A DNA stretch of 64,000 nucleotides from Bacteroidota bacterium (GTDB taxonomy: Bacteria > Bacteroidota > Bacteroidia > UBA7662 > CANHCV01): assembly GCA_947501265.1 (NCBI GenBank), contig CANMVY010000002.1, forward strand, positions 226,859-290,858, written 5' to 3'. Shown here piece after piece: positions 9,731-19,431 of the stretch. Numbering within the stretch: position 1 is the first letter of the stretch; each line of letters opens with the position of its first letter. The translations under genes and the position numbers were made by a program. The notes beneath the pieces are model-generated. The model worked only from the letters and a program-made list of their open reading frames with translations, ran no database searches and was not told the origin of the DNA.

Positions 9731-10846
9731 ATGAAAAACTGGATTTTAAAAGGCTGTTTCGGTATTGGACTAACAGCGTTATTGGCCTCATGCGGTGGAG
9801 GTGGTTATGAAGTAACGATTGAGGCAGCAGGAGCCAAAGAAGGTGATACGGTATTGGTTCAATTGCCAGTAGCAGATTCTTCTAGAATTGATACCGTTCT
9901 TGCCGGTGCAGATGGCAAAGTTGTTTTAGAAGGAACGGTAGATGAACCATCTCGTTTTCAAATCATGTTTTTGAGAAAAGACGTTTCTTTCCCTCTATTT
10001 GTTGAGAACAGCTCGATAAACGTAAGTGGAAGCTTGGATTCTTTAGAAAAATTATCCGTTTCGGGATCTCCAACTCACGATGTTTATCGCCAATACCAAG
10101 AATCGGTGTATAAAATTGAAAATCAAATGCAAGAATTGGGTATGTACTACCAAATGGCCCAAGAAAGCAGCAATTACGGATTGATGGATTCCATTGCTCG
10201 CATTGGAGAATCATTGAACAATCAGCGTTTGAACAACATCAAAAGCTTTATCGGGAAAAATAAGAATTCGGTGGTTGCAGCTTTGCTTACCTACGAGAAC
10301 TTCATGGATGCCACTCCCAAAGAAATGGAACAATACTATGCCGGATTTGGAGAAGATGCTCAAAAGTCTCGATACGGTAAGAAAATTAAAGACTTGATTG
10401 ATGCGTACAAAAGAACAGAAATAGGCGCTGTGGCACCCGATATTGAATTGCCCAATTCAAAAGGCGAAAAAATCAAGTTGAGTTCTTTGCGTGGGAAATA
10501 TGTATTGGTAGATTTTTGGGCTTCTTGGTGCGGCCCTTGCCGAAGAGAAAATCCAAACGTTGTTTTGGCTTATTCCATGTACCACGACAAGAATTTTGAA
10601 ATTTACGGAGTGAGTTTGGACGAAGATAAAGCCGCATGGATGGAAGCCGTTCAACAAGACAACTTGCCTTGGATTCACGTAAGTGATTTGAAGGGTTGGA
10701 GATGTGAACCAGCTCGGGTTTATGGGGTAAATTTCATTCCTCAAAACTTCCTTTTGGATCCCAATGGTAAAATCATCGCCAAGAATTTAAGAGGAGACGA
10801 AATTGCTAAAGAGTTGGAAAAGCAACTTGAGAAACCAGCGGTTTAA
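9731..10846 (+). CDS. TlpA/ResA-type thiol-disulfide oxidoreductase lipoprotein with DUF4369-like N-domain
   Basis: Lipobox LLASC; DFWASWCGPCR thioredoxin motif; internal TATCTTTG promoter element just upstream. Confidence 0.9.
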   Translation: MKNWILKGCFGIGLTALLASCGGGGYEVTIEAAGAKEGDTVLVQLPVADSSRIDTVLAGADGKVVLEGTVDEPSRFQIMFLRKDVSFPLFVENSSINVSGSLDSLEKLSVSGSPTHDVYRQYQESVYKIENQMQELGMYYQMAQESSNYGLMDSIARIGESLNNQRLNNIKSFIGKNKNSVVAALLTYENFMDATPKEMEQYYAGFGEDAQKSRYGKKIKDLIDAYKRTEIGAVAPDIELPNSKGEKIKLSSLRGKYVLVDFWASWCGPCRRENPNVVLAYSMYHDKNFEIYGVSLDEDKAAWMEAVQQDNLPWIHVSDLKGWRCEPARVYGVNFIPQNFLLDPNGKIIAKNLRGDEIAKELEKQLEKPAV

Positions 10847-10852
10847 TGAAAT

Positions 10853-10885
10853 AAAAAAAGGGGCTGAAAACAGCCCCTTTTTTTT
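10853..10885. terminator. Bidirectional intrinsic terminator
   Basis: A7-GGGGCTG-AAAA-CAGCCCC-T-run between convergent genes. Confidence 0.9.
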
Positions 10886-11561
10886 ATTTCGTATTCCCCA
10901 TACCACCGTCCACTTGAAGAACGGTTCCAGTCATCCACAAATTTGGTTGAAGAAGAAATTGAACAGACGCGGCTAAATCACCGCTCTCTCCTACCCGGCC
11001 AAGTGGATGCCGTTTAGCAGAAGCTTCCATTTTTTCAGGTGTGCTCAATAAGGAAGAAGCTAGAGGAGTATTGGTTAGTGATGGGGCAATGGCGTTTACT
11101 TTGATTTGAGCGGGAGCCCATTCTGCCGCCAAAGAACGCGTCAATCCTTCAACGGCCGATTTGGCGGCTGCAATTGAAGCGTGAAAACCCATTCCCATTT
11201 GAGCTGCAACTGAACTAAAAAGAACCACATTGGCTCCGTTGGCTTTCTTTAACTTGGGCAAACAACCTTGCAAGACGTGAACGGCGCCCAAAACATTCAC
11301 TTGAAAATCATTTTGAAAATCTTCCATGCTAAAGCGATGAAAGGGTTTCAACAAAATGGTTCCGGGAGCATAAACCACCCCGTGTAACTCATCGGGCAAC
11401 GCAGAAAAATCGAAATTTGGCTGCGAAGCATCAAAGGGAATATGAGGCAATCCTTCTACATTTCTTCGTTGTGCAGTAAAAACCTGGTGTCCTTGGCTCT
11501 TTAAAAGATTTGCAACTTCCGCTCCAATTCCACTCGAAGCACCTACCACTAAATAATTCAT
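10884..11561 (-). CDS. SDR family NAD(P)-dependent oxidoreductase
   Basis: VGASSGIG Rossmann motif, VNAIAP, VDGG; catalytic YxxxK appears as IAAAK. Confidence 0.85.
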   Translation of the reverse strand: MNYLVVGASSGIGAEVANLLKSQGHQVFTAQRRNVEGLPHIPFDASQPNFDFSALPDELHGVVYAPGTILLKPFHRFSMEDFQNDFQVNVLGAVHVLQGCLPKLKKANGANVVLFSSVAAQMGMGFHASIAAAKSAVEGLTRSLAAEWAPAQIKVNAIAPSLTNTPLASSLLSTPEKMEASAKRHPLGRVGESGDLAASVQFLLQPNLWMTGTVLQVDGGMGNTK

Positions 11562-11602
11562 GTTTCTTTTCTTTCAGAAACAAGAAATGAGCTAGAAATG
11601 TT

Positions 11603-12052
11603 TTACCCTCGAAATTGATCGAGAAGATCGCTAACTTTTTCAGCTTCTTCTGATGTAATATTCTGGTAACCCAACATCAATTCGTTGAAATCAGGTGCGA
11701 TGATTTCTAAAAGAGAAAGTCCTTCTTCGGTGATGGAAATATCGTGCATTCGCCGATTGAGCTCGTTAATTTTTCGTTCAACCAATCCTTTTTGCAAGAG
11801 TTTTTCCATCAATCTGGTGATATTGCTACTTTGGTCCAACATGCGAGACAGAACATCACCTGCGCAAATCGGCTGGGGATATTGTCCGCGAAGAATGCGC
11901 AAAACGTTGTATTGCTGCGAGGTAAGGCCGTGTTTTTTGAAAATCCTTTCAAACTTCAACTCAATAAATCGGGCCGTAAACATCACGTTTACCACCATTT
12001 TGTGGTAAGCATCTTCAAATTGACTTTGTTTGATTTCCTCTTCGATGCGCAT
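11603..12052 (-). CDS. MarR family transcriptional regulator
   Basis: GLTSQQYNVLRILRG, SNITRLMEKL..KGLVER...NRR..ISITEEG winged helix. Confidence 0.9.
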   Translation of the reverse strand: MRIEEEIKQSQFEDAYHKMVVNVMFTARFIELKFERIFKKHGLTSQQYNVLRILRGQYPQPICAGDVLSRMLDQSSNITRLMEKLLQKGLVERKINELNRRMHDISITEEGLSLLEIIAPDFNELMLGYQNITSEEAEKVSDLLDQFRG

Positions 12053-12062
12053 GCCCCTATTG

Positions 12063-12079
12063 TTGTAGTTACAAATATA
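12063..12079 (-). promoter_or_regulatory. marR promoter (-7 TATATTTG, 12072-12079) overlapped by palindrome TTGTA-N2-TACAA (12063-12074), putative MarR operator
   Basis: Perfect 5-bp inverted repeat over the -7 element and predicted TSS. Confidence 0.6.
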
Positions 12080-12082
12080 CGA

Positions 12083-14686
12083 CTATTTCAGGATTTGCTT
12101 TAGTTGATGCAGGGTAAACAAAGCATCCATAGGAGTGATGGCATTGGGGTCGATTTGTTCGAGGGCTTTCCGAATTTCTTCCAACTGGGGATCGGAAGTT
12201 TGAAAGAGGTTCATTTGCCATTCGGAAGATTTTTTTGAAACGGTCCTTTTCCCATTTTGGCTACGATGGCTTTCTAAATCGCGAAGGATATCTTCGGAAC
12301 GAGCAACGACTTCGGCAGGAATACCGGCTAATTTGGCAACATGAATCCCGAAACTGTGTTCTGAGCCTCCCTTTTGCAACTTTCGAACAAAAACGATTTG
12401 ATTACCGACCTCTTTTACGGAAACGTTGTAATTTTTGATTCGTTCAAACTGCCCCTCCATTTCATTCAATTCGTGGTAATGGGTTGCAAACAATGTTTTT
12501 GCACGGTGAATGGGTTGTTGATGGAGAAATTCGGCAATGGCCCAAGCAATGGAAATTCCATCATAGGTGGAAGTTCCACGTCCGATTTCATCGAGAAGAA
12601 TTAAGCTACGCGCCGAGATGTTATTCAGAATAGCGGCTGTTTCATTCATTTCAACCATGAAAGTCGACTCGCCGAAGGCTTGATTATCGCTCGCTCCTAC
12701 CCTGGTGAAAATTTTATCGATAACACCCAATTTCGCAGAAGTAGCTGGAACGAAACAACCCATTTGGGCCATCATCACAATCAATGCGGTTTGTCGAAGT
12801 AAGGCCGACTTTCCGGCCATGTTGGGACCGGTAATGATCATGATTTGTTGAGTTTCATGATCTAAAAAAACATCATTGGGGATGTAGTCTTTGCCGTGGG
12901 GTAAAAACCGTTCTATCACCGGGTGTCGCCCACCTTTGATCTCCAAATCATATGACTCATCTACGGAGGGCTGAATGTATTTTCTATCAACCGAAAGCTG
13001 GGCAAAACCCAATAATACATCTGCAGTAGCAATCACTTTTGCATTTTGCTGCAAGACTGGAATGAACTGATTGACAAATTGAATCAATTCTTGGAATAAA
13101 CGGGCCTCCAGGACTTCAATTTTTGATTGTGCTCCCAGAATTTTCTCTTCGTATTCCTTCAATTCAGGGGTTACGTAGCGTTCTGCATTCACCAACGTTT
13201 GTTTCCTGATCCACGTTTCAGGCACCTTGTCCTTGTGCGTGTGAGTTACCTCCAAATAATACCCAAAAACGTTGTTAAAGCTAATTTTCAAGCTGGAAAT
13301 TCCCGTTTGTTGGATTTCTCTTTGTTGAATTTGAATTAAATAATCCTTACCCGAATTGGAAAGACCTCTCAATTCATCCAATTCAGAAGAAATTCCTTTG
13401 GCAATGACTCCACCTTTAACCAACTGGGCTGGGGCATCTTCGTTCAACCAGGTTTTCAAATGCTGCAGAAATTCCGTTTGATCTGTAAGTTGACTTCCCA
13501 AATTTGCCACCTCTAATCCGTTGATTTCTGAAAGTGACTTTTTAACCCTTGGCAATAATTCAACCGATCTTTTCAATTGAACCAATTCCCGAGGATTGAT
13601 TCTTCCGGTTGCTGATTTCCCGATTAGTCGTTCCAAATCTCCCATTTCTTGGAGAATTTCGGAAGTTTGTTTGGCCCATTTTTTATGCTGAATGAAAGAC
13701 GATACAATGGAATGTCGAAATCGTATTTGCTCCAAATCTTTCAGTGGAAACAAGGTCCATTTTCGCAATAATCGTGCTCCCATGGGGGTTTTTGTTGCAT
13801 CTAAAACCTCCACAAAGGATCGACCTTCCGACTGAGGATTTTCCATCAACTCCAAATTTCGAATGGAGAAACGATCGAGAAAAAGGTAATCGAGGGGATG
13901 AATTTTAGAAATCCCTTTGAGGTGAGCTAAATTGGGGTGTCTGGTTTCTTCGAGGTAATACAAAATAATCCCACATGCGATAATGGAAGCTACATCTTCT
14001 TCAATTCCAAATCCTTTCAAGGATTGGGTTTGAAAATGGCGAGTGAGTCGCTCGTAAGTAAAATCGGTTCTGAAAGCCCAATCGTCGAGAGGATGGTGGT
14101 AAAAGCGATGAGCTTGCAATTGAGCCAATTCGGCCGATTTTGATTTCGGAAAGATGATTTCTGCCGGTTGGTAGGATTGAATGATGGCTTCAATGGTGGA
14201 AGGTTTCCCGGAAACGACCATAAATTCGCCGGTTGAAACATCGGCCAAGGCCAATCCAATTTCATTTTCCAAGAATGAAAGTACAGCGAGGTAATTGTTT
14301 TTCTTGTAGTGAAGTAGTTGATCGGAGAGCGAAGTTCCCGGCGTTACCAATTCTGTTACTCCACGTTTGACAATGGTTTTGGTTTCTTTAGGATCTTCGA
14401 GTTGTTCGCAAACGGCTACGCGTTGGCCCGCACGAACAAGTTTTGGCAAATAAACCTCCAAAGAATGGTGCGGGAATCCGGCTAAAGCAACCTCGGTGGC
14501 AGATCCATTTCCACGTTTGGTTAAAACTATTCCGAGAATTTCAGCTGCGAGAACGGCGTCTTCACCAAAGGTTTCGTAAAAATCTCCAACCCGAAATAGC
14601 AAAATTGTCCCAGGGTGTTGGGATTTAATTTGCTCGTACTGCTCCATTAGCGGAGTCTTTCCGCTTTTTCCAGGGGATTTTGCCAC
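12083..14686 (-). CDS. mutS: DNA mismatch repair protein MutS
   Basis: TPLMEQY, GDFYE, GRHPVIE, TGPNMAGKS, STFMVEM, DEIGRGTST, ATHYHEL. Confidence 0.98.
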   Translation of the reverse strand: MAKSPGKSGKTPLMEQYEQIKSQHPGTILLFRVGDFYETFGEDAVLAAEILGIVLTKRGNGSATEVALAGFPHHSLEVYLPKLVRAGQRVAVCEQLEDPKETKTIVKRGVTELVTPGTSLSDQLLHYKKNNYLAVLSFLENEIGLALADVSTGEFMVVSGKPSTIEAIIQSYQPAEIIFPKSKSAELAQLQAHRFYHHPLDDWAFRTDFTYERLTRHFQTQSLKGFGIEEDVASIIACGIILYYLEETRHPNLAHLKGISKIHPLDYLFLDRFSIRNLELMENPQSEGRSFVEVLDATKTPMGARLLRKWTLFPLKDLEQIRFRHSIVSSFIQHKKWAKQTSEILQEMGDLERLIGKSATGRINPRELVQLKRSVELLPRVKKSLSEINGLEVANLGSQLTDQTEFLQHLKTWLNEDAPAQLVKGGVIAKGISSELDELRGLSNSGKDYLIQIQQREIQQTGISSLKISFNNVFGYYLEVTHTHKDKVPETWIRKQTLVNAERYVTPELKEYEEKILGAQSKIEVLEARLFQELIQFVNQFIPVLQQNAKVIATADVLLGFAQLSVDRKYIQPSVDESYDLEIKGGRHPVIERFLPHGKDYIPNDVFLDHETQQIMIITGPNMAGKSALLRQTALIVMMAQMGCFVPATSAKLGVIDKIFTRVGASDNQAFGESTFMVEMNETAAILNNISARSLILLDEIGRGTSTYDGISIAWAIAEFLHQQPIHRAKTLFATHYHELNEMEGQFERIKNYNVSVKEVGNQIVFVRKLQKGGSEHSFGIHVAKLAGIPAEVVARSEDILRDLESHRSQNGKRTVSKKSSEWQMNLFQTSDPQLEEIRKALEQIDPNAITPMDALFTLHQLKQILK

Positions 14687-14714
14687 AGATGATAGATTAA
14701 ATTGAAGAAATCGT

Positions 14715-15671
14715 TTAAAACAATTCCTTGATGATTTGGTCGATGGTTAGTCCTTCTGATTCTGCTTTGTAATTGATCACAACGCGATGGCGCAAAATAT
14801 TTACTGCAACGGCCTGCACATCTTCGATGTCGGGAGAATATTTGCCGTGCAAAATAGCGTGGCATTTGGCTCCAAGCACCAAGTACTGACTTGCACGAGG
14901 GCCTGCACCCCAAGAAACGTATTTCTTTACTTTTTCATTAGCGAATTCGCCATTGGGGCGGGTTTTATGAACCAATTTCACTGCATATTCTAAAACTGAA
15001 TCGTTGATGGGAACTCTTCTCACTAATTCTTGATATTCAAGTATTTCTTGAGCAGAAAGGATATTCTTTAGTTCTGCTTTGTAATTGGAGGTAGTATCGC
15101 GAACAACCCTAACCTCATCGTGGAATTGAGGATAATCCAATGAGATGTTCATCATGAATCGATCCAATTGAGCTTCAGGAAGCGGATAAGTTCCTTCTTG
15201 CTCGATTGGATTTTGGGTAGCGAGTACGAAGAAAGGACTTGGAAGTGAATAGGATTTCCCAGCTACGGTAACTTTGCGTTCTTGCATCGCTTCGAGCAAT
15301 GCAGCTTGGGTTTTGGGGGGAGTACGGTTAATCTCATCGGCCAAGACCAAGTTAGAAAACAAGGGCCCTGGAATAAATTTAAAATGTTTTTGCTCGTCAA
15401 GAATTTCATTCCCCGTGATATCGGATGGCATCAAATCTGGTGTAAACTGAATTCGAGAGAACGATAAATCCAACACCTTAGAAATGGTTTGAACCAAGAG
15501 TGTTTTCGCTAATCCTGGAACACCAACCAATAAACAGTGACCGTTGCACAAAACGGAGGTGATCACCGCATTAACGACTTCTTCTTGTCCGTAAATGGCT
15601 TTACCGATTTCTTGTTGAAGTTCGGCGTATTTGATTTTGAGTTGATCGACTTGAGCTACGTCTGAGTTCAT
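14715..15671 (-). CDS. MoxR family AAA+ ATPase
   Basis: GVPGLAKT, RIQFTPDLMPSD, DEINR, ATQNPIEQEGTYPLPEAQLDRF. Confidence 0.95.
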   Translation of the reverse strand: MNSDVAQVDQLKIKYAELQQEIGKAIYGQEEVVNAVITSVLCNGHCLLVGVPGLAKTLLVQTISKVLDLSFSRIQFTPDLMPSDITGNEILDEQKHFKFIPGPLFSNLVLADEINRTPPKTQAALLEAMQERKVTVAGKSYSLPSPFFVLATQNPIEQEGTYPLPEAQLDRFMMNISLDYPQFHDEVRVVRDTTSNYKAELKNILSAQEILEYQELVRRVPINDSVLEYAVKLVHKTRPNGEFANEKVKKYVSWGAGPRASQYLVLGAKCHAILHGKYSPDIEDVQAVAVNILRHRVVINYKAESEGLTIDQIIKELF

Positions 15672-15672
15672 A

Positions 15673-16176
15673 TTATTTTTCTACCGTAATTTTTGGTGTA
15701 CCGTTGTTGTGGCATGAATTGCAAGCTCCATTACCAATGGAAGTCATCATGGCTGCTTTTTTTCCAGTTGGACCCGTAACGACAGGGAAAAGTCCGTTCC
15801 CGAAATTGATGCTTTTATTGGTGTAGGCATTCCCTACATCATCTACGGGAAGGGAGATGACTTTGTTTCCGGTTCCGTTAGGTCCGGTAAAAAGTTCGAG
15901 GGTAGAACCGGGCAACACCTTGGTGGTTCCGGTTTGATAAACAGTTCCGCCGATGGACCAAATTCCTTCTTTCGCTGCTTCCCTATCGCCACCTTTAATG
16001 TGGCAAGACATGCAATTTTTTCCAGCATTGTGGCTTTCATCATCACCAAATTCACTTTGGGTAAGTTCTTTGGCGAACCACCTGTTATTGATGCCTTTAT
16101 CGGGCACGTGAGAACAGCCGATTGCTAAAAAAAACAGAAGAAAAAGGGGAAGGAAAACCTTGAACATGTTTTTCAA
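15673..16176 (-). CDS. Putative diheme cytochrome c lipoprotein
   Basis: Lipobox LAIGC; two CxxCH motifs (CMSCH, CNSCH) flanking a beta-rich middle region. Confidence 0.75.
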   Translation of the reverse strand: MKNMFKVFLPLFLLFFLAIGCSHVPDKGINNRWFAKELTQSEFGDDESHNAGKNCMSCHIKGGDREAAKEGIWSIGGTVYQTGTTKVLPGSTLELFTGPNGTGNKVISLPVDDVGNAYTNKSINFGNGLFPVVTGPTGKKAAMMTSIGNGACNSCHNNGTPKITVEK

Positions 16177-16221
16177 TTTTTACAAAAATAAAACGCAAAA
16201 GTGGAGTTGCAGTTGCAAAAT

Positions 16222-16251
16222 AAAAAAAGCCCCAAAACGGGGCTTTTTTTT
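16222..16251. terminator. Intrinsic terminator after the Omp28-like gene
   Basis: A7-GCCCC-AAAAC-GGGGC-T8. Confidence 0.85.
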
Positions 16252-16269
16252 ATGATAGTATGCTTTGAA

Positions 16270-17040
16270 TTACTTCACTGCAACCTTCACAGCTGAAGCA
16301 TTTTCAGCATCGTAATTGTTACCATTCTTTTTCCAAATGATAGCAGCAACTTTCAAATTTTCTTTTTTCCAAGTAGGATCAACATTTACAGTGTAAGTAA
16401 ACTCTTGCTCTGCATCCATGGCAGTGCTTGTAATTGCTTCACCCCAAGCAGATGAACCAGCATTTCCGCGAATTACACCATCGTGATTAGGATTTGATGA
16501 ACCTGATTGTGTTTTTTGGATTCCGTTTTCTAGAATAAGTACTCCCAACTGGTAGTTACCTGATCCTGTTGCAAAAAATTTGGTTTTTGCTTTGATATTG
16601 ATGGTTGAACCTTCGACTGTAGCAGAAACATAAACGTTTGCGTTAGCCGCTTTCGCGTTAATGGTGTTCATGTTGTTCGTAGCCGTTGATTGGTTAGGAT
16701 AGAAGTTAAGGGTATTACCATTTCCGGTTTGGAACATGTGAGGAATTCCATTTTGTTGGAAACGTGACATCAAATTGTTACCAATCAAATCACCAGCTGG
16801 AGAATTTAGACCATCGCTAGATTGAGAAGCAAGACAAACAATTTTATCATCGCCAATAGCTTCCAAGGCACGAAAAACAGGTTTTCCACTAGAACCACAT
16901 GGACCACACCAAGTAGCGCTTCGAGAAATCAAAACGGTCTTCTGAGACTGAGGAATGGTGATGGTTTCAGAAACAGTTGCTTCTTTTGAACAGCTAGCTG
17001 CGAATGCTCCAACAGCCAACAATAGCATGATTTTTTTCAT
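16270..17040 (-). CDS. Omp28-related lipoprotein (thioredoxin-like CxxC plus Ig-like domain)
   Basis: Lipobox FAASC; ATWCGPC; ENGI..Q...HDGVIR and W..ENL.V Omp28-type C-terminus. Confidence 0.8.
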   Translation of the reverse strand: MKKIMLLLAVGAFAASCSKEATVSETITIPQSQKTVLISRSATWCGPCGSSGKPVFRALEAIGDDKIVCLASQSSDGLNSPAGDLIGNNLMSRFQQNGIPHMFQTGNGNTLNFYPNQSTATNNMNTINAKAANANVYVSATVEGSTINIKAKTKFFATGSGNYQLGVLILENGIQKTQSGSSNPNHDGVIRGNAGSSAWGEAITSTAMDAEQEFTYTVNVDPTWKKENLKVAAIIWKKNGNNYDAENASAVKVAVK

Positions 17041-17114
17041 TGTATTTGGGTTTATTGGTGTGCAATTTAGAGAACTGATTTGGGAAAAGCAAAAATTAAT
17101 TCAAATTTGACGAA

Positions 17115-17924
17115 TTATTTCTCAAAAAATTCAGTTTCATACCCTTCCATAGATCGAACATTCATCACTTTTCCCCCTTCAAACAAAAGGTATTGCGCTT
17201 TTATTCCAATTAATTTACCCGAAACCTTGGGCTCTTTTTCAAAATTAGTGGATGTCACTTTAGAAGGGATTAATATTTGGGGATAAGAAATTAAACACGG
17301 ATTAGTTTCAAGTGGAAAATACGATTGATATGCCTCAGGAAGAACCATTTCAGCCTGGAGAACGGCTTGTTTTATAAGCTCAACATTGGGCCCTTCAGAT
17401 TGGGTAAGCATTCGCTGCCAATTGGTTTTATCGGTAAAATAATCTTTCAAAAATACTTCTATCTCGCCAGCAAGTTGACGGTAAGGAACCTCGGCTATAA
17501 CTTGAACGGCTTCTGCACCTTGGTCGATCCAACGGGTTACCCCCTGAGTTGTTCGGGTTACCCCCACTTTCACTTCCGTGGAGTACGCCAAATAAACGTA
17601 GTGGGGTTGTACGTGATGGAGTTTTTCCCATTCCGGATCACGCCCCAACCCTTCGTGCCCCCTGCACAACTCGGGATGCAGGATGCATTCGGCATTTTCG
17701 GGGGCATTTTGAAAACAAGGATAACAAAATCCCTGACTGAACGACTTATTGGTCTTTTTTCCGCAATTTTTGCAAAAAATTCGACCCGTATATTCAATGG
17801 AAATCTCCTTTCCCAAATATTCATTCAAGGAAAACTCACCTTCTGAAGTTCTCCAAAAATACTCCACTCTCCCACCCTCTTCTTGGAAATGAACGGTTCG
17901 CATTTTTCGGATGGACCCAATCAT
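17115..17924 (-). CDS. DUF2797 domain protein
   Basis: CKNCG..TNKSFSQGFCYPC, C..HPELC, HYVYLA...KVGVTR...RWIDQGA. Confidence 0.85.
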   Translation of the reverse strand: MIGSIRKMRTVHFQEEGGRVEYFWRTSEGEFSLNEYLGKEISIEYTGRIFCKNCGKKTNKSFSQGFCYPCFQNAPENAECILHPELCRGHEGLGRDPEWEKLHHVQPHYVYLAYSTEVKVGVTRTTQGVTRWIDQGAEAVQVIAEVPYRQLAGEIEVFLKDYFTDKTNWQRMLTQSEGPNVELIKQAVLQAEMVLPEAYQSYFPLETNPCLISYPQILIPSKVTSTNFEKEPKVSGKLIGIKAQYLLFEGGKVMNVRSMEGYETEFFEK

Positions 17925-18871
17925 GACAAATAACCGGATTTTAAACCATCCAACATCACTTGAACCAATTCATCCATCCCAAATTGATGATTCCAACCCC
18001 AGTCCTTCCTTGCTTCCGAATCGTCTATGGAACCGGGCCAAGAGTCGGCAATTTTCTGACGAAAATCGGGGGCATAATCCATTTCAAAGCCAGGAATAGC
18101 TTTTTTAATGGCTTCGCCTAATTGTTCGGGAGTAAACGATATGGCAGCGAGATTGTAGCTGGTTCGTTCTTTTATTTGTTCAGATGGAGCCTCCATCAAT
18201 TCCAATGTTGCGCGAATGGCATCGTCGATGTACATCATGGGAAGCGGCGTTTCCGGCCCTAAAAAACAGGTAAATTTCTCACCTTTCAACGCTTTGTGAA
18301 AAATATCGATGGCGTAATCGGTTGTTCCTCCACCCGGAAGGGTTTTGTAACTGATGATACCGGGGTACCTAAGGCTGCGAACATCTAACCCGTATTTTTC
18401 GAAATAGTAACGGCACCACAACTCTCCTACCTGTTTGCTCATTCCGTAAACAGTATTAGGATCCATGACTACCTGCTGCGGGGTTTGAACGCGAGGGGTA
18501 TTTGGCCCAAATGCGGCGATGGAACTCGGCCAATACATGCGATGAATTTTATGCTTCACCGCAGCTTCTAAAACCACCAACAATCCACGCATATTGATGT
18601 CCCAAGCCCAGAGCGGGTTTTGTTCGCCACGTGCCGACAAAATAGCAGCAAGGTGATAAATTTGAGAAATCTGATATTTCTCGATGATTCGATCCAATGC
18701 TGGTGCATCGGTGGCATCCAAGATTTCGAAGGACCTTTCTTTATCGGGAAATGCATTTCGAATGTCGGAACAAACGACTTGGGCATTTGGATATTTACGA
18801 ACAAGTGCATCGTACAATTCAGAGCCCAATTGGCCTTCTGATCCAATAATGAGTACATTCATGGATTTCAA
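17921..18871 (-). CDS. SDR-type L-threonine 3-dehydrogenase / NAD-dependent epimerase
   Basis: GSEGQLG, HLAAILSARGE, PSSIAAFG, YGMSK, PGGGTTDYA. Confidence 0.85.
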   Translation of the reverse strand: MKSMNVLIIGSEGQLGSELYDALVRKYPNAQVVCSDIRNAFPDKERSFEILDATDAPALDRIIEKYQISQIYHLAAILSARGEQNPLWAWDINMRGLLVVLEAAVKHKIHRMYWPSSIAAFGPNTPRVQTPQQVVMDPNTVYGMSKQVGELWCRYYFEKYGLDVRSLRYPGIISYKTLPGGGTTDYAIDIFHKALKGEKFTCFLGPETPLPMMYIDDAIRATLELMEAPSEQIKERTSYNLAAISFTPEQLGEAIKKAIPGFEMDYAPDFRQKIADSWPGSIDDSEARKDWGWNHQFGMDELVQVMLDGLKSGYLS

Positions 18872-19431
18872 TGAATAAATTGTTTAACTTTTTCTAGCGA
18901 TTCTTCCTTGGCCATATCCAAGTCAGCATTCACAATAATGGTATCAAACCGATCTTCAAAAGCCAATTCATGTTTCGCTTTTGACAAACGTAATTGGATT
19001 TTTTCTTCCGTTTCAGTATTTCTAAATCTAAGTCTGGCTTCTAAATCCTGCTCAGTTGGAGGTTTTACAAAAACGGCCAAGGCCTCTGAACCAAAATATT
19101 CTTTCAAATTCAAACCGCCAACCACATCAACATCAAAAATAACCACTTTTCCTTCTTCAAAAATTTGCTCAACTTCACTTTTCAAGGTTCCATAGTAATG
19201 ATCAGGATAGACCTCTTCCCATTCTAAAAAATCATTAGAATGGATGTGAGCCCTAAATTGCTCTGGGGAAAGAAAAAAGTAATCTTTTCCATGAATTTCA
19301 TGGTCTCGTTTTTCACGGCTTGTGGCCGAAACAGAAAACTGCAGTACAGGAAGTTGTTGCATTAAATGGCGAACAAGCGTTGTTTTACCCGCTCCAGATG
19401 GAGCTGAAAAAATAATGGCTTTTCTTTTCAT
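18868..19431 (-). CDS. gmk: Guanylate kinase
   Basis: SAPSGAGKT, SVSATSR, HGKDYFF, EWEEVY...YGT. Confidence 0.96.
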   Translation of the reverse strand: MKRKAIIFSAPSGAGKTTLVRHLMQQLPVLQFSVSATSREKRDHEIHGKDYFFLSPEQFRAHIHSNDFLEWEEVYPDHYYGTLKSEVEQIFEEGKVVIFDVDVVGGLNLKEYFGSEALAVFVKPPTEQDLEARLRFRNTETEEKIQLRLSKAKHELAFEDRFDTIIVNADLDMAKEESLEKVKQFIH

